DNA of 42,829 nucleotides from a virus (taxonomy: Duplodnaviria > Caudoviricetes): positions 1-42,829 of the IMG/VR virus record IMGVR_UViG_3300022670_000276. One strand, 5' to 3'. The position numbers were made by a program, and so were the translations under genes. Shown here one piece after another: positions 7,491 through 18,031 of this stretch. How positions within the stretch are numbered: position 1 is the stretch's first letter; each line of letters starts with the position of its first letter. The notes under the pieces were generated by a model that did not search any database, had not been told where the DNA came from, and was given only the letters and a program-made list of their open reading frames with translations.

Positions 7491-9560
7491 TTATGTTGCT
7501 GGCGTTACTGTACTGATATATTGAGGCACGAATACAAATGTCCCAACGTTACCAGTCACTGTGCAAATCCAGTGGCTCAGTACCATATTATTACCATCAA
7601 CTGATGGTAGACTATTCCTTACTATCTCACCTCGTTGCCATACTCCAGTGGTTGGTATAGATGTCATATAAACATCGCCACGAGTCGGCCTTAAAGCCGT
7701 TAATCTGGCGTTTGCCTGTGCAATCTGATTATTGTCCTGAATTACCTCGGAAACAGTTATTGATTTGATGTAACTCTCAATTGTTACCGCTGCCCCTTCA
7801 GTACCAAACGCTTTAAACAAATTAGCACCGTTAGTATCAGGAACGAAAGGGACGCCGCTGGCTACTACCTGAGCATCGAAGCGCAAAGTTGAAATAGCCG
7901 CACCTTGTACGGTTTTAAGCGCTATATCCATAACATAGGTTTTTGTGTCATCTAATGTTACGCTCTGCTGTATCCCGTAGGTATTTAACCCGGCAGTGAC
8001 ACCTGAAACTTCAAACCCTTCGTTAGTAATATTCCAGCCTTTAAACTCATCAAACCTTACATTGACCCAATCAGCATCAACAAATAAATTCTCACCTCTA
8101 ATTAAAGCAACGTTGTTAGTACCGTACATTAAACCAATGTTGTCTGTTGTGCCCATTGATTCCAAGAAATTTTCTTTAGTCCCGAAGAGAGTAGTCAGAC
8201 CAAGTTTTTTAATTACCCAGCTATAATCATTTTCTTCTGCCTGTATGCGCCCTCTGGTTGCTGCTGCTGTTGCACCGTCAAAGGTGACATCAAACTGATT
8301 GTTACCCAATACCGAATGTTTAAAGTTCCATAAATCCTGAGTGGCTGAGTTAAGGGAACGCAGACCAGCAGTTGTGTTGTTTTCAAAGTAACAACGCATT
8401 ACTGTAAAGCTTCCCGCAATTGCGTCAATGCCGAAATTACAGAATTCGAAAACACATTTAGATACCTCTGAACGGAATAACTGATCCATAAGCAAGCCAG
8501 TAGTACACGAAGTGAAATAAACCTGATCAACGAATGCTGTAGTCCCGAATGAAACGCCACCGACATCTTCGACTAAAGAGACACCAGTGATGCACGAAAC
8601 CACATAACCTTTCTCATAATGGAAGTCTATTGTATCGATACTCTTGAGACCGAAACCCGAGAAACCTTCAAGGTTAAGTCGTTCTAGTTTAGTAAAACCC
8701 TTGCTAGTAGGTGTTGGTGTGGACTCCCACAATAGCCCATTCGTTCCGAGTCCATCATCACGAGTACCCTGGCTTTTAACTGTACAGTGTTCAACCCCGC
8801 ACCAGTGATCTCTGAAGGTTATACCCGTAGTGCCGTTTTTAACTTTGATGTCATTTATCAGAGAGTCGCCGCGAATAGTTAAGCGTTGAGTTGTCACCGT
8901 TAACCCTCCGACAAGGGGTGTACCGGCAAACCTGATTAGACCGCCAGTCGGTAGATCATCAATAACTAATTGCCAAGCCGCGCTATCATCAACCACACCA
9001 TCGTTAACCGATCCCCATTGCGAAGGTCTGCGCTCAGTTGGAGTGTTCTCTATAAGCACCAGCGCTAACGTAGGGACTCCGGTTGATACAACTATGTTGC
9101 CAATGGTTGGCGCTCCGATGCTAGGAGTTACCGATGTTAGCAACACAACCTTCCAATTTGAGCATCCAAAATTTCCGGTAGTGCGCTCTTTTAACTTTAT
9201 AGCATCTCCGTCTACTAATTCGATGTCAAGCAGAGCTAAAGCTAATGTATCGAAATTCTTAACAAATACGCTGCCAGAGGTTTTTGCAAATTCATCAACT
9301 GGATCAGCTTCCCCGAAACCCGTTTGGACATCATCTTTATCAGTTAGTGTTACTTTATAAGTGCCGACAATAAAAATATCGGGGAATACGCCACTGGCAT
9401 TAGCAATAACCGGATTAGCATTTTTTATAGTGCCTGATGAATTAGAAAAAGTATCTTTTAAAGTGCTTGTTCCAGTTTCAAAAAAGGTAAGCTTCGCGCC
9501 ATCTTCCGGTTGGATACCATTACCCACATCGGCATTAGGAATAACAAATCTGCTAGCCAT
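7491..9560 (-). CDS. Tailspike: N-terminal virion/head-binding domain plus beta-helix depolymerase-like body
   Basis: GAKLTFFETGT...NPVIANASGVFPDIF N-terminus; WGSVNDGVVDDSAAWQ pectate-lyase-3-like motif; last gene of the late arm. Confidence 0.88.
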   Translation of the reverse strand: MASRFVIPNADVGNGIQPEDGAKLTFFETGTSTLKDTFSNSSGTIKNANPVIANASGVFPDIFIVGTYKVTLTDKDDVQTGFGEADPVDEFAKTSGSVFVKNFDTLALALLDIELVDGDAIKLKERTTGNFGCSNWKVVLLTSVTPSIGAPTIGNIVVSTGVPTLALVLIENTPTERRPSQWGSVNDGVVDDSAAWQLVIDDLPTGGLIRFAGTPLVGGLTVTTQRLTIRGDSLINDIKVKNGTTGITFRDHWCGVEHCTVKSQGTRDDGLGTNGLLWESTPTPTSKGFTKLERLNLEGFSGFGLKSIDTIDFHYEKGYVVSCITGVSLVEDVGGVSFGTTAFVDQVYFTSCTTGLLMDQLFRSEVSKCVFEFCNFGIDAIAGSFTVMRCYFENNTTAGLRSLNSATQDLWNFKHSVLGNNQFDVTFDGATAAATRGRIQAEENDYSWVIKKLGLTTLFGTKENFLESMGTTDNIGLMYGTNNVALIRGENLFVDADWVNVRFDEFKGWNITNEGFEVSGVTAGLNTYGIQQSVTLDDTKTYVMDIALKTVQGAAISTLRFDAQVVASGVPFVPDTNGANLFKAFGTEGAAVTIESYIKSITVSEVIQDNNQIAQANARLTALRPTRGDVYMTSIPTTGVWQRGEIVRNSLPSVDGNNMVLSHWICTVTGNVGTFVFVPQYISTVTPAT

Positions 9561-11779
9561 TATCTTTCCTCTTTATCTAATTCACGCACTTCTAACAATG
9601 CTAATATTTTTGCAGTTTTATTAAGCGCACTTTTGTTTTTAGCCAATCCGGGATCAGATGATTTTAATCTATTGATTTGCGTGTTGACTAAACCGTCTAA
9701 TACTTTCTTCCTGTCAGCGACTTGCTTCCCTTTCCTTGCTGTTTCAGCGATTATAGAACCAAAATTAATTTGACCGGCACCAGCAAAGTTACCTAATCTT
9801 TCAGTTAAATTGAGAAATCTTAAAAAAGTACCACTTGGATTTGTTGTGCCTGGTGGTGAAATTGTCGCATTACCAATAACCTTTTGAAGCTTTTTTAACT
9901 CAGAAAATGGTTTTTTACCTAATAATTCTCGTAGCGCTTCAGGTCTAAATTTTTTCATAGCTGAGTTCAATCTTGCGCCTGAAATATCTAAAGTGTCTTT
10001 ATTGATAGCTTGACCTAAAATATCACCTATTGTCTCCGCCTGAATAGCGCGCCATGCTTTTATTGTTTCTTTTGTTGGGCTTGCCAATAGCACTTGTTTG
10101 AGTTTTCTAATGTTAGTTACAGCCTTGTCACCCTTAACAATCTTATTAATCACCGTTTCAGGATCCACCTTTGGTGTACTGGTTCCACGTTTAAAGCTGG
10201 TTAAGTCTTCTATAACATCTTTAGCCTTAAAGGTTTCTATTTGCTCTCTAGCTGCCTCTCTAGCTGTTTTAAATGCCGTAGTTCGACCTGACTCAACCCC
10301 TTTTTCCACGACTCTTGCCACTTGCTTATCTAGTTCGCTAACAATCTGTTTTGCACTTCCTGTGATATCAGCTCCTACCGCTTTATTTAAAGCCTTTCTA
10401 AAGTCTTCTGCATTACTTAGATTTAAAGGTGTTTGTTCGCCAGTGATTGTAATAGCCTGATCACCGTCAAAAACTTTAAATTTATTACGTGTTGATTGTT
10501 CTACTCTGTCACCGATCAATCCAAACTTAGCTAGGGCTGTGTTGACTGATTTCTCGACCTCTGGTGTGATAGGTCGATTAACAATAATATCATCAGCGAC
10601 ACCAACTATCGAAGCGTTATCGAGTGGTAAAGTATCTCCCGCTGTTTCTGCTGCTAAAGTGTAAAGCTCAGATACATCTTTACGACCTAGCTCTTTACGC
10701 TCTAGTAAAACATCCTGTATTAATTCACCTTTCCCTCTAGCGGTATCCTCTACAGTTTCACCGATAGCCTCTTTAAATCGTGCTGATCCACCGAATTTTT
10801 CAGTGAAAGCTTCAGCCGCCGTTTTTAATTGCTCTTGTTGACTTTCTACAAATTGACGGGCTTGCTCACCTTCAGGAGAAACAGACTTTAACAACGTTTG
10901 CTCCGCTTCGGCTGGTCCGAATTGCTGTAATGCTTGCGCTCTTGTTAGTTGGACGCCCTGTTGTTCTGCTTGGCGAATTCTCTGCAATGCTTCAGGAGTT
11001 AATCCGGGTTGTGATACTTTTTCCAGCACACCACCTATTTCAGACGGCTTTGTTGGTTTTGTTGCGAAAGAACTTGTAACTCTCTCGCCCGGAGTGAATG
11101 TTTTTAATATACGCTCCGGATCAACACCAACATCTTTGCGTAAAACATCTTTAATACTTCTACCTGTAACCTTTGCAACTTCAAAAGCTTTGTCTAATAA
11201 ACCAGCTGTCACTGCATCAATAGCCACTTGTTCAGCATTAAATTCACCGCCACTCAACGCTTGAACAGCTTCATTTAATCCAGATGTGATAGCTGTACGA
11301 GCCACTAATGCACCCGTTGTTAATGCACGTGATGCGGGGGTAAATGCCGCCGCAATGCCCAATCCTTGAACAATATCAAGTTGTGACAGTCCAGGCTTGT
11401 TAAGCACAGCTCTAGCGCCTGTCTCATTGTTAGTAGCTATTATTAATCCTTCTTTTGTTTCTTGTATGCCAATATCAGGGAAAGTAGATGTTAATATTTG
11501 ACCTAATTCTCTCGGGTTTGTAGTGGTTAATAATGAAGGTACGATTGCTGCGCCTTTTAATGGATCCTGACCGGCTAATAATCCAGCTTGTCCGAGTTCC
11601 GGTATAGCTGCAATTTTTTGTTGTTGTGCCGCTTCGACTTGTGCCTGTTGTTCTATATCTGGTATTGCTTGTGGTGGTGCTTGCTGTTCGATCTCAAATC
11701 CTTCAGGCAATCTTAGTGCGGTCTGCGTAACTGGTTGACCTTGCTTTTCTATTTCAAAACCTTGCGGTAATTTAGCCAT
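9560..11779 (-). CDS. Large DNA ejection (internal virion) protein
   Basis: 739 aa, helical and A/Q/E/K-rich, repeated LP(Q/E)GFEIE at the N-terminus; third of three ejection-type genes. Confidence 0.7.
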   Translation of the reverse strand: MAKLPQGFEIEKQGQPVTQTALRLPEGFEIEQQAPPQAIPDIEQQAQVEAAQQQKIAAIPELGQAGLLAGQDPLKGAAIVPSLLTTTNPRELGQILTSTFPDIGIQETKEGLIIATNNETGARAVLNKPGLSQLDIVQGLGIAAAFTPASRALTTGALVARTAITSGLNEAVQALSGGEFNAEQVAIDAVTAGLLDKAFEVAKVTGRSIKDVLRKDVGVDPERILKTFTPGERVTSSFATKPTKPSEIGGVLEKVSQPGLTPEALQRIRQAEQQGVQLTRAQALQQFGPAEAEQTLLKSVSPEGEQARQFVESQQEQLKTAAEAFTEKFGGSARFKEAIGETVEDTARGKGELIQDVLLERKELGRKDVSELYTLAAETAGDTLPLDNASIVGVADDIIVNRPITPEVEKSVNTALAKFGLIGDRVEQSTRNKFKVFDGDQAITITGEQTPLNLSNAEDFRKALNKAVGADITGSAKQIVSELDKQVARVVEKGVESGRTTAFKTAREAAREQIETFKAKDVIEDLTSFKRGTSTPKVDPETVINKIVKGDKAVTNIRKLKQVLLASPTKETIKAWRAIQAETIGDILGQAINKDTLDISGARLNSAMKKFRPEALRELLGKKPFSELKKLQKVIGNATISPPGTTNPSGTFLRFLNLTERLGNFAGAGQINFGSIIAETARKGKQVADRKKVLDGLVNTQINRLKSSDPGLAKNKSALNKTAKILALLEVRELDKEER

Positions 11780-11781
11780 TA

Positions 11782-12876
11782 TTAAATATCCACCAACTGA
11801 CCATTAACGACTTGTTTCCGTTGTCCGGTTTGAGGATTTCTTATAATAGTTCCTTCCGAAAGTTCTCCATCTACTCCATCTTCAAATATTTGCGGATTTT
11901 CGAATTGAACTTTAAAAACACCTTTTGATTGCTTTTGTAAATTTTCAAGTGCTCTGGCTCGTCCTTTTGCTTTTTGTTTTAAAACAGCAAGTTTATCTCC
12001 AATTTGAGGAAAGAATTTTTTATCTTCATTTTCAAATTCATCTGCACCGATAGCTGCACCTGATTCCTTACGTAAAACAGCAGTAATAAAATCTCGTTTT
12101 GATTGCAGGTATTGTTGTTGATCGGACGATAATGCGATATTGCCACCTGGCACCGCTTCAAAAAATGCTGCCTGGATGGAGGTTGGATCGAAATCTGGTT
12201 TGGCTTCTAAGGTCGATAAAGTTTCATTTGCAGACTGAACACGATTAGCAAACCCTGCTGATGCAAGTTGACCTTCACTTGCCTTTGCTAATATTTGTTG
12301 ATCGGTTGGTTTTAGTGATGGATCAGTTGCGGCTCTCTGGTTAAGTTCTTTAGCTCTAGCTTGTCCTGCTGGACTATTTGGATCCAATCCTTCCGCTGCT
12401 ACTTTCTGTTGCAATGAACTTAATCCTGATGGTTGAGGAGCAACTTCAGCAATACGTTCACCACCCGCTGTAAAACGTTGTTGACCCGGGCCTAGCGTAA
12501 ATCCTGCTGGTTGTTGTTGGCCTAAAGAAATAGCTTGATCAGTAAGCTCTTCCAGGGCACTAAAATCACCTGATTCTGCAACAGCTAGGGCTTCTCTTGA
12601 GTCGCTAGAATCTATTTGATTAGCATCAAGCTGTTGTATTCTGCCACGCAAGAATTCTATTTTTTGCCGGGGATCACTTATCTGTTTTAATAGGACAGCA
12701 CCGCGCACAAGTGAATCAATTCTGGCCTGATCGCTTGTGCCTTGCAGCCCTATCTGTTGAGTTTGCGTTAATTGCTCCGCTTGCGTTGCGGTTTCTAAAC
12801 CTCTGCGAGTAGAGCCAACACCCGGCACTCCTGGTGAGCCTGGGCCGCGAAAATCTGGTATAAAAAGACCTGCCAT
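11782..12876 (-). CDS. DNA ejection protein (P22 gp20-like position)
   Basis: Q/A-rich; FITAVLRKESGAAI motif; synteny. Confidence 0.65.
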   Translation of the reverse strand: MAGLFIPDFRGPGSPGVPGVGSTRRGLETATQAEQLTQTQQIGLQGTSDQARIDSLVRGAVLLKQISDPRQKIEFLRGRIQQLDANQIDSSDSREALAVAESGDFSALEELTDQAISLGQQQPAGFTLGPGQQRFTAGGERIAEVAPQPSGLSSLQQKVAAEGLDPNSPAGQARAKELNQRAATDPSLKPTDQQILAKASEGQLASAGFANRVQSANETLSTLEAKPDFDPTSIQAAFFEAVPGGNIALSSDQQQYLQSKRDFITAVLRKESGAAIGADEFENEDKKFFPQIGDKLAVLKQKAKGRARALENLQKQSKGVFKVQFENPQIFEDGVDGELSEGTIIRNPQTGQRKQVVNGQLVDI

Positions 12877-12879
12877 AAT

Positions 12880-13764
12880 TTAAACTCCGAATGCTCCCTC
12901 AAGAGCGCCTGTTATGCCACCGGATTGAAAACCTGTTATTCCACCGGCTAATTGTGTTAATCCACCCCTGAAGCCTGCTGCGGCGCCTGTGAGTCCTTCC
13001 GCTTTTCCTACTGCTGCACCTGTGAGTCCTGTTGCCTGTGCCAGAGCTACTTGTTGTTGAGCTGCTGCCAGAGCTGCTGCTGAGCCTAAAACACCACCGG
13101 CTTCCGCTTCACCTGCGCCTGCAATTCCTAACGCTTCGCCCTTGGCCGCTGCTTGTTCTGCTGCTGCCTGTTGTGCTGATGCTTCTGCGCCAAATCCACC
13201 TAATTGAGTTGCTGCCTGTAAACCAGTACCGGCAACCTGTCCCAGTCTACTAAACCTACTGGATAAATCCTGTAGTGCTAAACCTTGGCTGAATTTGGTC
13301 AGCTCTCTAAGTCTCTCTCCGCCACCAACGCCACCGGTAACCGCTGCGCCTGTGCCAATAAGTCGTAAACCTTGATCACGTAAAAATTGCGTGCCCGGAT
13401 CTTCTTGAAATTGTGCAAATGCCTGAGCCTGCGCTTCCGGACCTAATGCACCAGATAGTGCCGCTTGTAATTCTAATGCCGGTGCACCAGGCTGAATAAA
13501 TGGATCCAGTCTTTCTTCTATTTCACCAAAACGACCACCAACCAATTCTGCTGCCCTAAGACCACCACGTTGTAACGCTCTGCCACCTCTGGACTCTGAA
13601 GAGACTCTGATTGCTGCGGCTTCTTCTGCTGCGGTTGCCCTGAGTCCTCCCGCTGTTTCTGCTGCGGTTGCCCCTAGTTGTCCGGCTTCCAAAGATGCTT
13701 TTGTTATAGCCTTACCTGCCCTCTTTTCTGCGCCTCCAAAAAATACGTCCTTTATTTTACTCAT
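12880..13764 (-). CDS. DNA ejection protein (P22 gp7-like)
   Basis: G/A-rich; PGTQFLRDQG...AAVTGGVGGG pattern; follows a gp14-like gene. Confidence 0.75.
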   Translation of the reverse strand: MSKIKDVFFGGAEKRAGKAITKASLEAGQLGATAAETAGGLRATAAEEAAAIRVSSESRGGRALQRGGLRAAELVGGRFGEIEERLDPFIQPGAPALELQAALSGALGPEAQAQAFAQFQEDPGTQFLRDQGLRLIGTGAAVTGGVGGGERLRELTKFSQGLALQDLSSRFSRLGQVAGTGLQAATQLGGFGAEASAQQAAAEQAAAKGEALGIAGAGEAEAGGVLGSAAALAAAQQQVALAQATGLTGAAVGKAEGLTGAAAGFRGGLTQLAGGITGFQSGGITGALEGAFGV

Positions 13765-14246
13765 CTCTGCTCCAAAAACATATTTGCTTCTTGACGGGTA
13801 ATACCAAGTCGATATTGATCAACCAATTCTTCGCTTTTCATAATGGATAATCTGTTAAGCCCTTCGTCGATAAACCCAAATCCCTTTGTAAAATGATAAA
13901 CTTCAGGATATATAACTGGAATTTCAGCATTCAATTTCTGGTACTGAACAGGGCAATCATTTATAAACCATTTTAAAATTAATATTGCTGCCTCTTTCCC
14001 ATGTTCTCGATATTCTTTAATGATATTACAGTGAATATTAAGCGTAACTGTATTCAAAGGGTATAAATTCCACACTCCGATAGCTTTATCATTAAACATA
14101 ATCATCATATAACGCTGACACTCATCGAATGGGATATCGTAATCATCTACACTATGCCCATCCTCCGCAATTCTTTCAAACAATTCCGGATCTCTTAAAA
14201 TTATTCCGACTTCATCAGCAGATTCAGCCTTTTTAAGCATTATCAT
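13761..14246 (-). CDS. GNAT-fold protein (P22 gp14/DUF2824-like)
   Basis: LNIHCNIIKEYREHG, KLNAEIP, FGFIDEG; synteny. Confidence 0.75.
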   Translation of the reverse strand: MIMLKKAESADEVGIILRDPELFERIAEDGHSVDDYDIPFDECQRYMMIMFNDKAIGVWNLYPLNTVTLNIHCNIIKEYREHGKEAAILILKWFINDCPVQYQKLNAEIPVIYPEVYHFTKGFGFIDEGLNRLSIMKSEELVDQYRLGITRQEANMFLEQR

Positions 14247-14584
14247 GATAATTCTCTACCTGATACGGTCCACGATATACTATTTGCTGAATCTGATTCC
14301 ATTTGTAAAGTACCACCGGCTGGTATTAATTGCCCTGCCATTTCAGGAGACACATCGGTTCGGTTAATAACAATAGCTTTTTTGGGTACAATAGGAACGG
14401 TCGCAGAACCCCCGCTAGGCACAATATATGCCTTATAGGTTATTGTTGCTGCTGTATCATTACTTGCTGTGAAATTAGTGATGATTGTGCCTAATGCATT
14501 AGATGGTGAAGTATAAAATATCTGCGGTGTATCAGCAGCAGATGCTTTTTGGCTAGCCACGAGTTGTTTATTTAATGTTGACAT
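14243..14584 (-). CDS. Small beta-rich virion protein
   Basis: FYTSP...TIITNFTASN...GQLIPAGGTL; tail module. Confidence 0.7.
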   Translation of the reverse strand: MSTLNKQLVASQKASAADTPQIFYTSPSNALGTIITNFTASNDTAATITYKAYIVPSGGSATVPIVPKKAIVINRTDVSPEMAGQLIPAGGTLQMESDSANSISWTVSGRELS

Positions 14585-15018
14585 TATACATCCTCCGCTG
14601 GTACTCGATAAAACATAATGGTTACAAGTATATTATCATCATTTGTTTTTGCGTTGACAAATAGTCCTTCAGGTACAATCAAATTTAACCCTGTGAGCGC
14701 AAAATTATCTGCTCTGACAACTCTCGGACTAATTATACCTTTAGTAATTGCTGTAGTATCCGGTTCTGTCGCTTCATATATTTCGACTTCTGCCGGAGTC
14801 ACATTACTCACGCTATTATCTGCACTAACAGTTATATCAGTAATAACAATACTGTGGTTCTGTTGCGGTTCTATAAAGTTGAATGCCGTATCTATTGCAT
14901 TAAGGTTGCCTAATACAGGCTCACTATATTGCAAAGGAGCAACCACCAACTGACCAAATTTAGTAACTTTAGCTGTTACCCTGCTACTGCCATCTTTTAT
15001 ATTTACTGGTGTGGCCAT
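14584..15018 (-). CDS. Beta-rich virion protein, paralogue 3 of a tandem triplet
   Basis: IKDGSSRVTAKVTKFGQL N-terminus, LIVPEG near the C-terminus. Confidence 0.7.
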   Translation of the reverse strand: MATPVNIKDGSSRVTAKVTKFGQLVVAPLQYSEPVLGNLNAIDTAFNFIEPQQNHSIVITDITVSADNSVSNVTPAEVEIYEATEPDTTAITKGIISPRVVRADNFALTGLNLIVPEGLFVNAKTNDDNILVTIMFYRVPAEDV

Positions 15019-15557
15019 TATTCAATCTCGATAGCAGTAATTAAGACATCGGTTAGACCTGTACCTACTACGCTTTTAAATGCAATCGTCTTTCCTTGAG
15101 GAATAATAATTGAGCTATCTATATCTAAGGTAAACCGAGTATCTGCGATGGATAGTTCTTCGAAAAATAAAATCCCATCTGAAGTAATCACAGTAATATT
15201 TGTGTCGGATTGAGCTTCTGCCGATAATGCCGCAGAGCTGCCTAAATTTCTATTAGTCACCGTAGCAGGTGTCGCGCTTACGAATGTAGGTGTTCCGCTG
15301 ACTTTTTCAATAGTTATTTGAGTGATAACAGCAGACGACATTCTTATTTTTGTGAAAATAATATTTTTTGTGCCGGTATTCTTAAAGTGGAAAAAGAAAT
15401 CATTAGCACCTACTGGAGTCACGGCAAATTGAATAGAAAATACCCTTCCATCAATATTTGATCTTTGTGAAATATTTTGTGAAACAGCAGCAGTTGTTAA
15501 TCTGCCTTTAGCATCAACCTTTGCTACCTTGCCATCCGGATCGACTATTTTAGCCAT
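15018..15557 (-). CDS. Beta-rich virion protein, paralogue 2
   Basis: IVDPDGKVAKVDAKGRL, IIIPQG. Confidence 0.7.
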   Translation of the reverse strand: MAKIVDPDGKVAKVDAKGRLTTAAVSQNISQRSNIDGRVFSIQFAVTPVGANDFFFHFKNTGTKNIIFTKIRMSSAVITQITIEKVSGTPTFVSATPATVTNRNLGSSAALSAEAQSDTNITVITSDGILFFEELSIADTRFTLDIDSSIIIPQGKTIAFKSVVGTGLTDVLITAIEIE

Positions 15558-15562
15558 TTTAT

Positions 15563-16150
15563 TTACTCCACAAATCTAATAATTACAAAACCGGCTTGAA
15601 GCAAAAAGCTTGTATTGCTTGCTGGCGGAATGATAGCCACTGAAGCTCTGGATCCAGGTTCCATAACTAAAGGATTATCTTGGATCAGTAATCTAAATGG
15701 AGCAGTCGGGACAATCGTATTAATAAAGGTAGTCCCATCTGTTAGAGTGTCACCTTCTACACCCTTAAAAAATATACCAGTTAAAGTTTTTGGATCCCCT
15801 AAATTCAGATTTGAAGTCACGGTAACAACTGCATTGGAAATTAAAGTCCCGGCTTTAGAATCTTTAGTGATTCTTACTCGCCAATGTCCGACGCCACTCG
15901 CACTGGCTGCTCCATTGAAAAATAATCTAGTTACGATCCAGGGTACATTATCTGTGTTTTCGATATGGAGAACTCCAGACTCAGTAGCACTCGTTAGAGT
16001 AATATCACCCGAACTAATGACAAATGTATCTCCAGACAGAGCAGCAGTTGATTCCTCAGGTTGAGATGTAGAAAAGACTTTTTGTCTACCTTTGGTATCT
16101 ATCTTGGCAGTTGTCCCACCACCTCCATCCTTAAGTACTAATTCAGTCAT
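15563..16150 (-). CDS. Beta-rich virion protein, paralogue 1
   Basis: LKDGGGGTTAKIDTKGRQ, LVMEPG. Confidence 0.7.
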   Translation of the reverse strand: MTELVLKDGGGGTTAKIDTKGRQKVFSTSQPEESTAALSGDTFVISSGDITLTSATESGVLHIENTDNVPWIVTRLFFNGAASASGVGHWRVRITKDSKAGTLISNAVVTVTSNLNLGDPKTLTGIFFKGVEGDTLTDGTTFINTIVPTAPFRLLIQDNPLVMEPGSRASVAIIPPASNTSFLLQAGFVIIRFVE

Positions 16151-16575
16151 TCTGTATCTCCCTTATCCATATCAGTCTCCCACGCTTCTTCTGATCGTAA
16201 ATTCAATAGTTCCAATTCATTCACAATAATCGACTGTAAAGAGAGTAACTTATTTTGAAATTCAACATCGCGAAGTTTTTTAACTTCTTCTAATAATTCA
16301 TCAATCAATCTAATCACCTTTGAATTTACAGCTGCTATTCGGCTATTAAGTATATCAGTGTCATCAGCAGCCTCTAAATCATCTATTCTTTCTGACAATC
16401 TGGATATTAATCCGTTTTGTGTACTAATTTCAGATATAAATGAATCTGATAAACTTACTTCAGTGACAGTATTATTTACATCACCTGTAAGATTCTCTAA
16501 AAATGCAGAAAATTTTAAAGTTGGTATCCCATCTATAGTTACCGCTTCACTCCGCAACGGTGGTATATTAGCCAC
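16147..16575 (-). CDS. Coiled-coil tail needle/plug-like protein (P22 gp26 position)
   Basis: Heptad-rich 142 aa directly after the gp10-like gene. Confidence 0.55.
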   Translation of the reverse strand: MANIPPLRSEAVTIDGIPTLKFSAFLENLTGDVNNTVTEVSLSDSFISEISTQNGLISRLSERIDDLEAADDTDILNSRIAAVNSKVIRLIDELLEEVKKLRDVEFQNKLLSLQSIIVNELELLNLRSEEAWETDMDKGDTE

Positions 16576-18031
16576 TGCTGGTTACTTCCGCATTTGCAAA
16601 TAATGAATACACATTATATTCAACTGGGTCTGTCATTTTAAATCGCAGTATTCTATTGTTTGGGATTCTTCCCAAACGAACCCAGCGAACCCTGGTTTTA
16701 AATTCTCCAACTTTACCCATTGGTTTAGCTATTTCGTTGACAAATGTTCTTCCCTCATTGTCTGAGTAATCCATTCTTATTTTGGGGTCTGGTGTGACAG
16801 AATCTCCCACGCCAGTTTGCATTAATAATTCTATTTCATGTGAGAAAATAGCTTCCCCGCTGGATATAAATGGCTTTGTTGTAAAGAAACGCTCTACCTT
16901 CTCGTTATATTCAGTTTTAGTATCAAAATCTAATTCGCCAATTTGACCGGACCTGTCATCACCAATTAATATTTTACCGAAAGCCTTTATTCCATGAATA
17001 CCTCTCCACACTTGAAACCCATTACCATTTGTAATGCCTGTTTGTCTCTCATGCCATTCTGGTTTACCTGATAACGCTGATGTGGTCGCATCATAAACAA
17101 ATGTATTATTACCAATAGTAAACACAGCAAAATAATCACCATTTTGGGCATAAGTAAACGCTCTGGCATTGGCTATTTCTTCGACTGTATTTTTTTGCAT
17201 CAGTTGATCAATAGAGCTAGTTGATATTTTTTGAGCGTTAGAACCCACAGCTCTCCATATGGCTGGTTGCTCTCCGACATCTCCACCGATAAATAAAAAG
17301 CTGTTATCAAAATCAACAACAGAATTTCTGGCAGCACATCCTTTTTGAATTAATGCACCTGGTATGCGCTGAAAAGGAAAGCCAGCGGTGATAATAGTCT
17401 GATAGACTTCAATCGTGGTCTCACCGAGAATATATAATTGATTGTGATTATTATGACCTGCAACTAATCTGTCCGGGCTAATTTCTGCATCGGCAAAATC
17501 CAGTGCATTGAAGTTCTTTCCATCGTTATCCGTTTTAAGTGATGAACTAAAGAAAATAGTATCTGTTGTATAAACATAAAACCCATCTTTGAATGTTACC
17601 GTTCTGGCTTGGTCGAAACTTAAAAATACTGAGTTACTATTTAGTTCTAATACATTTGTCGAAGGGGTAAAAAAATAACTGTCACCATTCGGATCCTGAA
17701 TAGCTATATTAATGCCATTCGAATCAATGGATATATCACTTGTGCCAGTAATAGCACCGTGGTTAGTTATTACGCCTAATGAATTGGTTGATATTAAAGA
17801 ATTACCTATAACGCGGTAGGGAGTACCATCACTGAATTTTATAGCGCCTCGACTCGTTCCAAAACCTAAATCAGCAAATTGTTTAATACCAGGCGTTCTC
17901 AACAAAGCTCGTTTGCTCAATGCATCTGCTTGAGGAATAACAGGATAAGAATTAACCACCCGTTTATCAAGAAGCGGAGTTGACTGGCTTACATAAAAAC
18001 CATCTGCAAAATCTAATTCTACACGAGGCAT
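16568..18031 (-). CDS. Tail hub / packaged DNA stabilization protein (P22 gp10-like)
   Basis: LLRTPG, FADAEISPD, GETTIEV, TFVYDATT...WHER, RVRWVRLG. Confidence 0.9.
   Translation of the reverse strand: MPRVELDFADGFYVSQSTPLLDKRVVNSYPVIPQADALSKRALLRTPGIKQFADLGFGTSRGAIKFSDGTPYRVIGNSLISTNSLGVITNHGAITGTSDISIDSNGINIAIQDPNGDSYFFTPSTNVLELNSNSVFLSFDQARTVTFKDGFYVYTTDTIFFSSSLKTDNDGKNFNALDFADAEISPDRLVAGHNNHNQLYILGETTIEVYQTIITAGFPFQRIPGALIQKGCAARNSVVDFDNSFLFIGGDVGEQPAIWRAVGSNAQKISTSSIDQLMQKNTVEEIANARAFTYAQNGDYFAVFTIGNNTFVYDATTSALSGKPEWHERQTGITNGNGFQVWRGIHGIKAFGKILIGDDRSGQIGELDFDTKTEYNEKVERFFTTKPFISSGEAIFSHEIELLMQTGVGDSVTPDPKIRMDYSDNEGRTFVNEIAKPMGKVGEFKTRVRWVRLGRIPNNRILRFKMTDPVEYNVYSLFANAEVTSSG

Noticed and set aside
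12980-13680. Short direct repeats in the gp7-like gene (cctgtgagtcct, tgcggttgccct)
   Set aside because: Explained by Ala/Gly-rich peptide repeats; no regular spacing, so not a CRISPR array or a DGR repeat pair.
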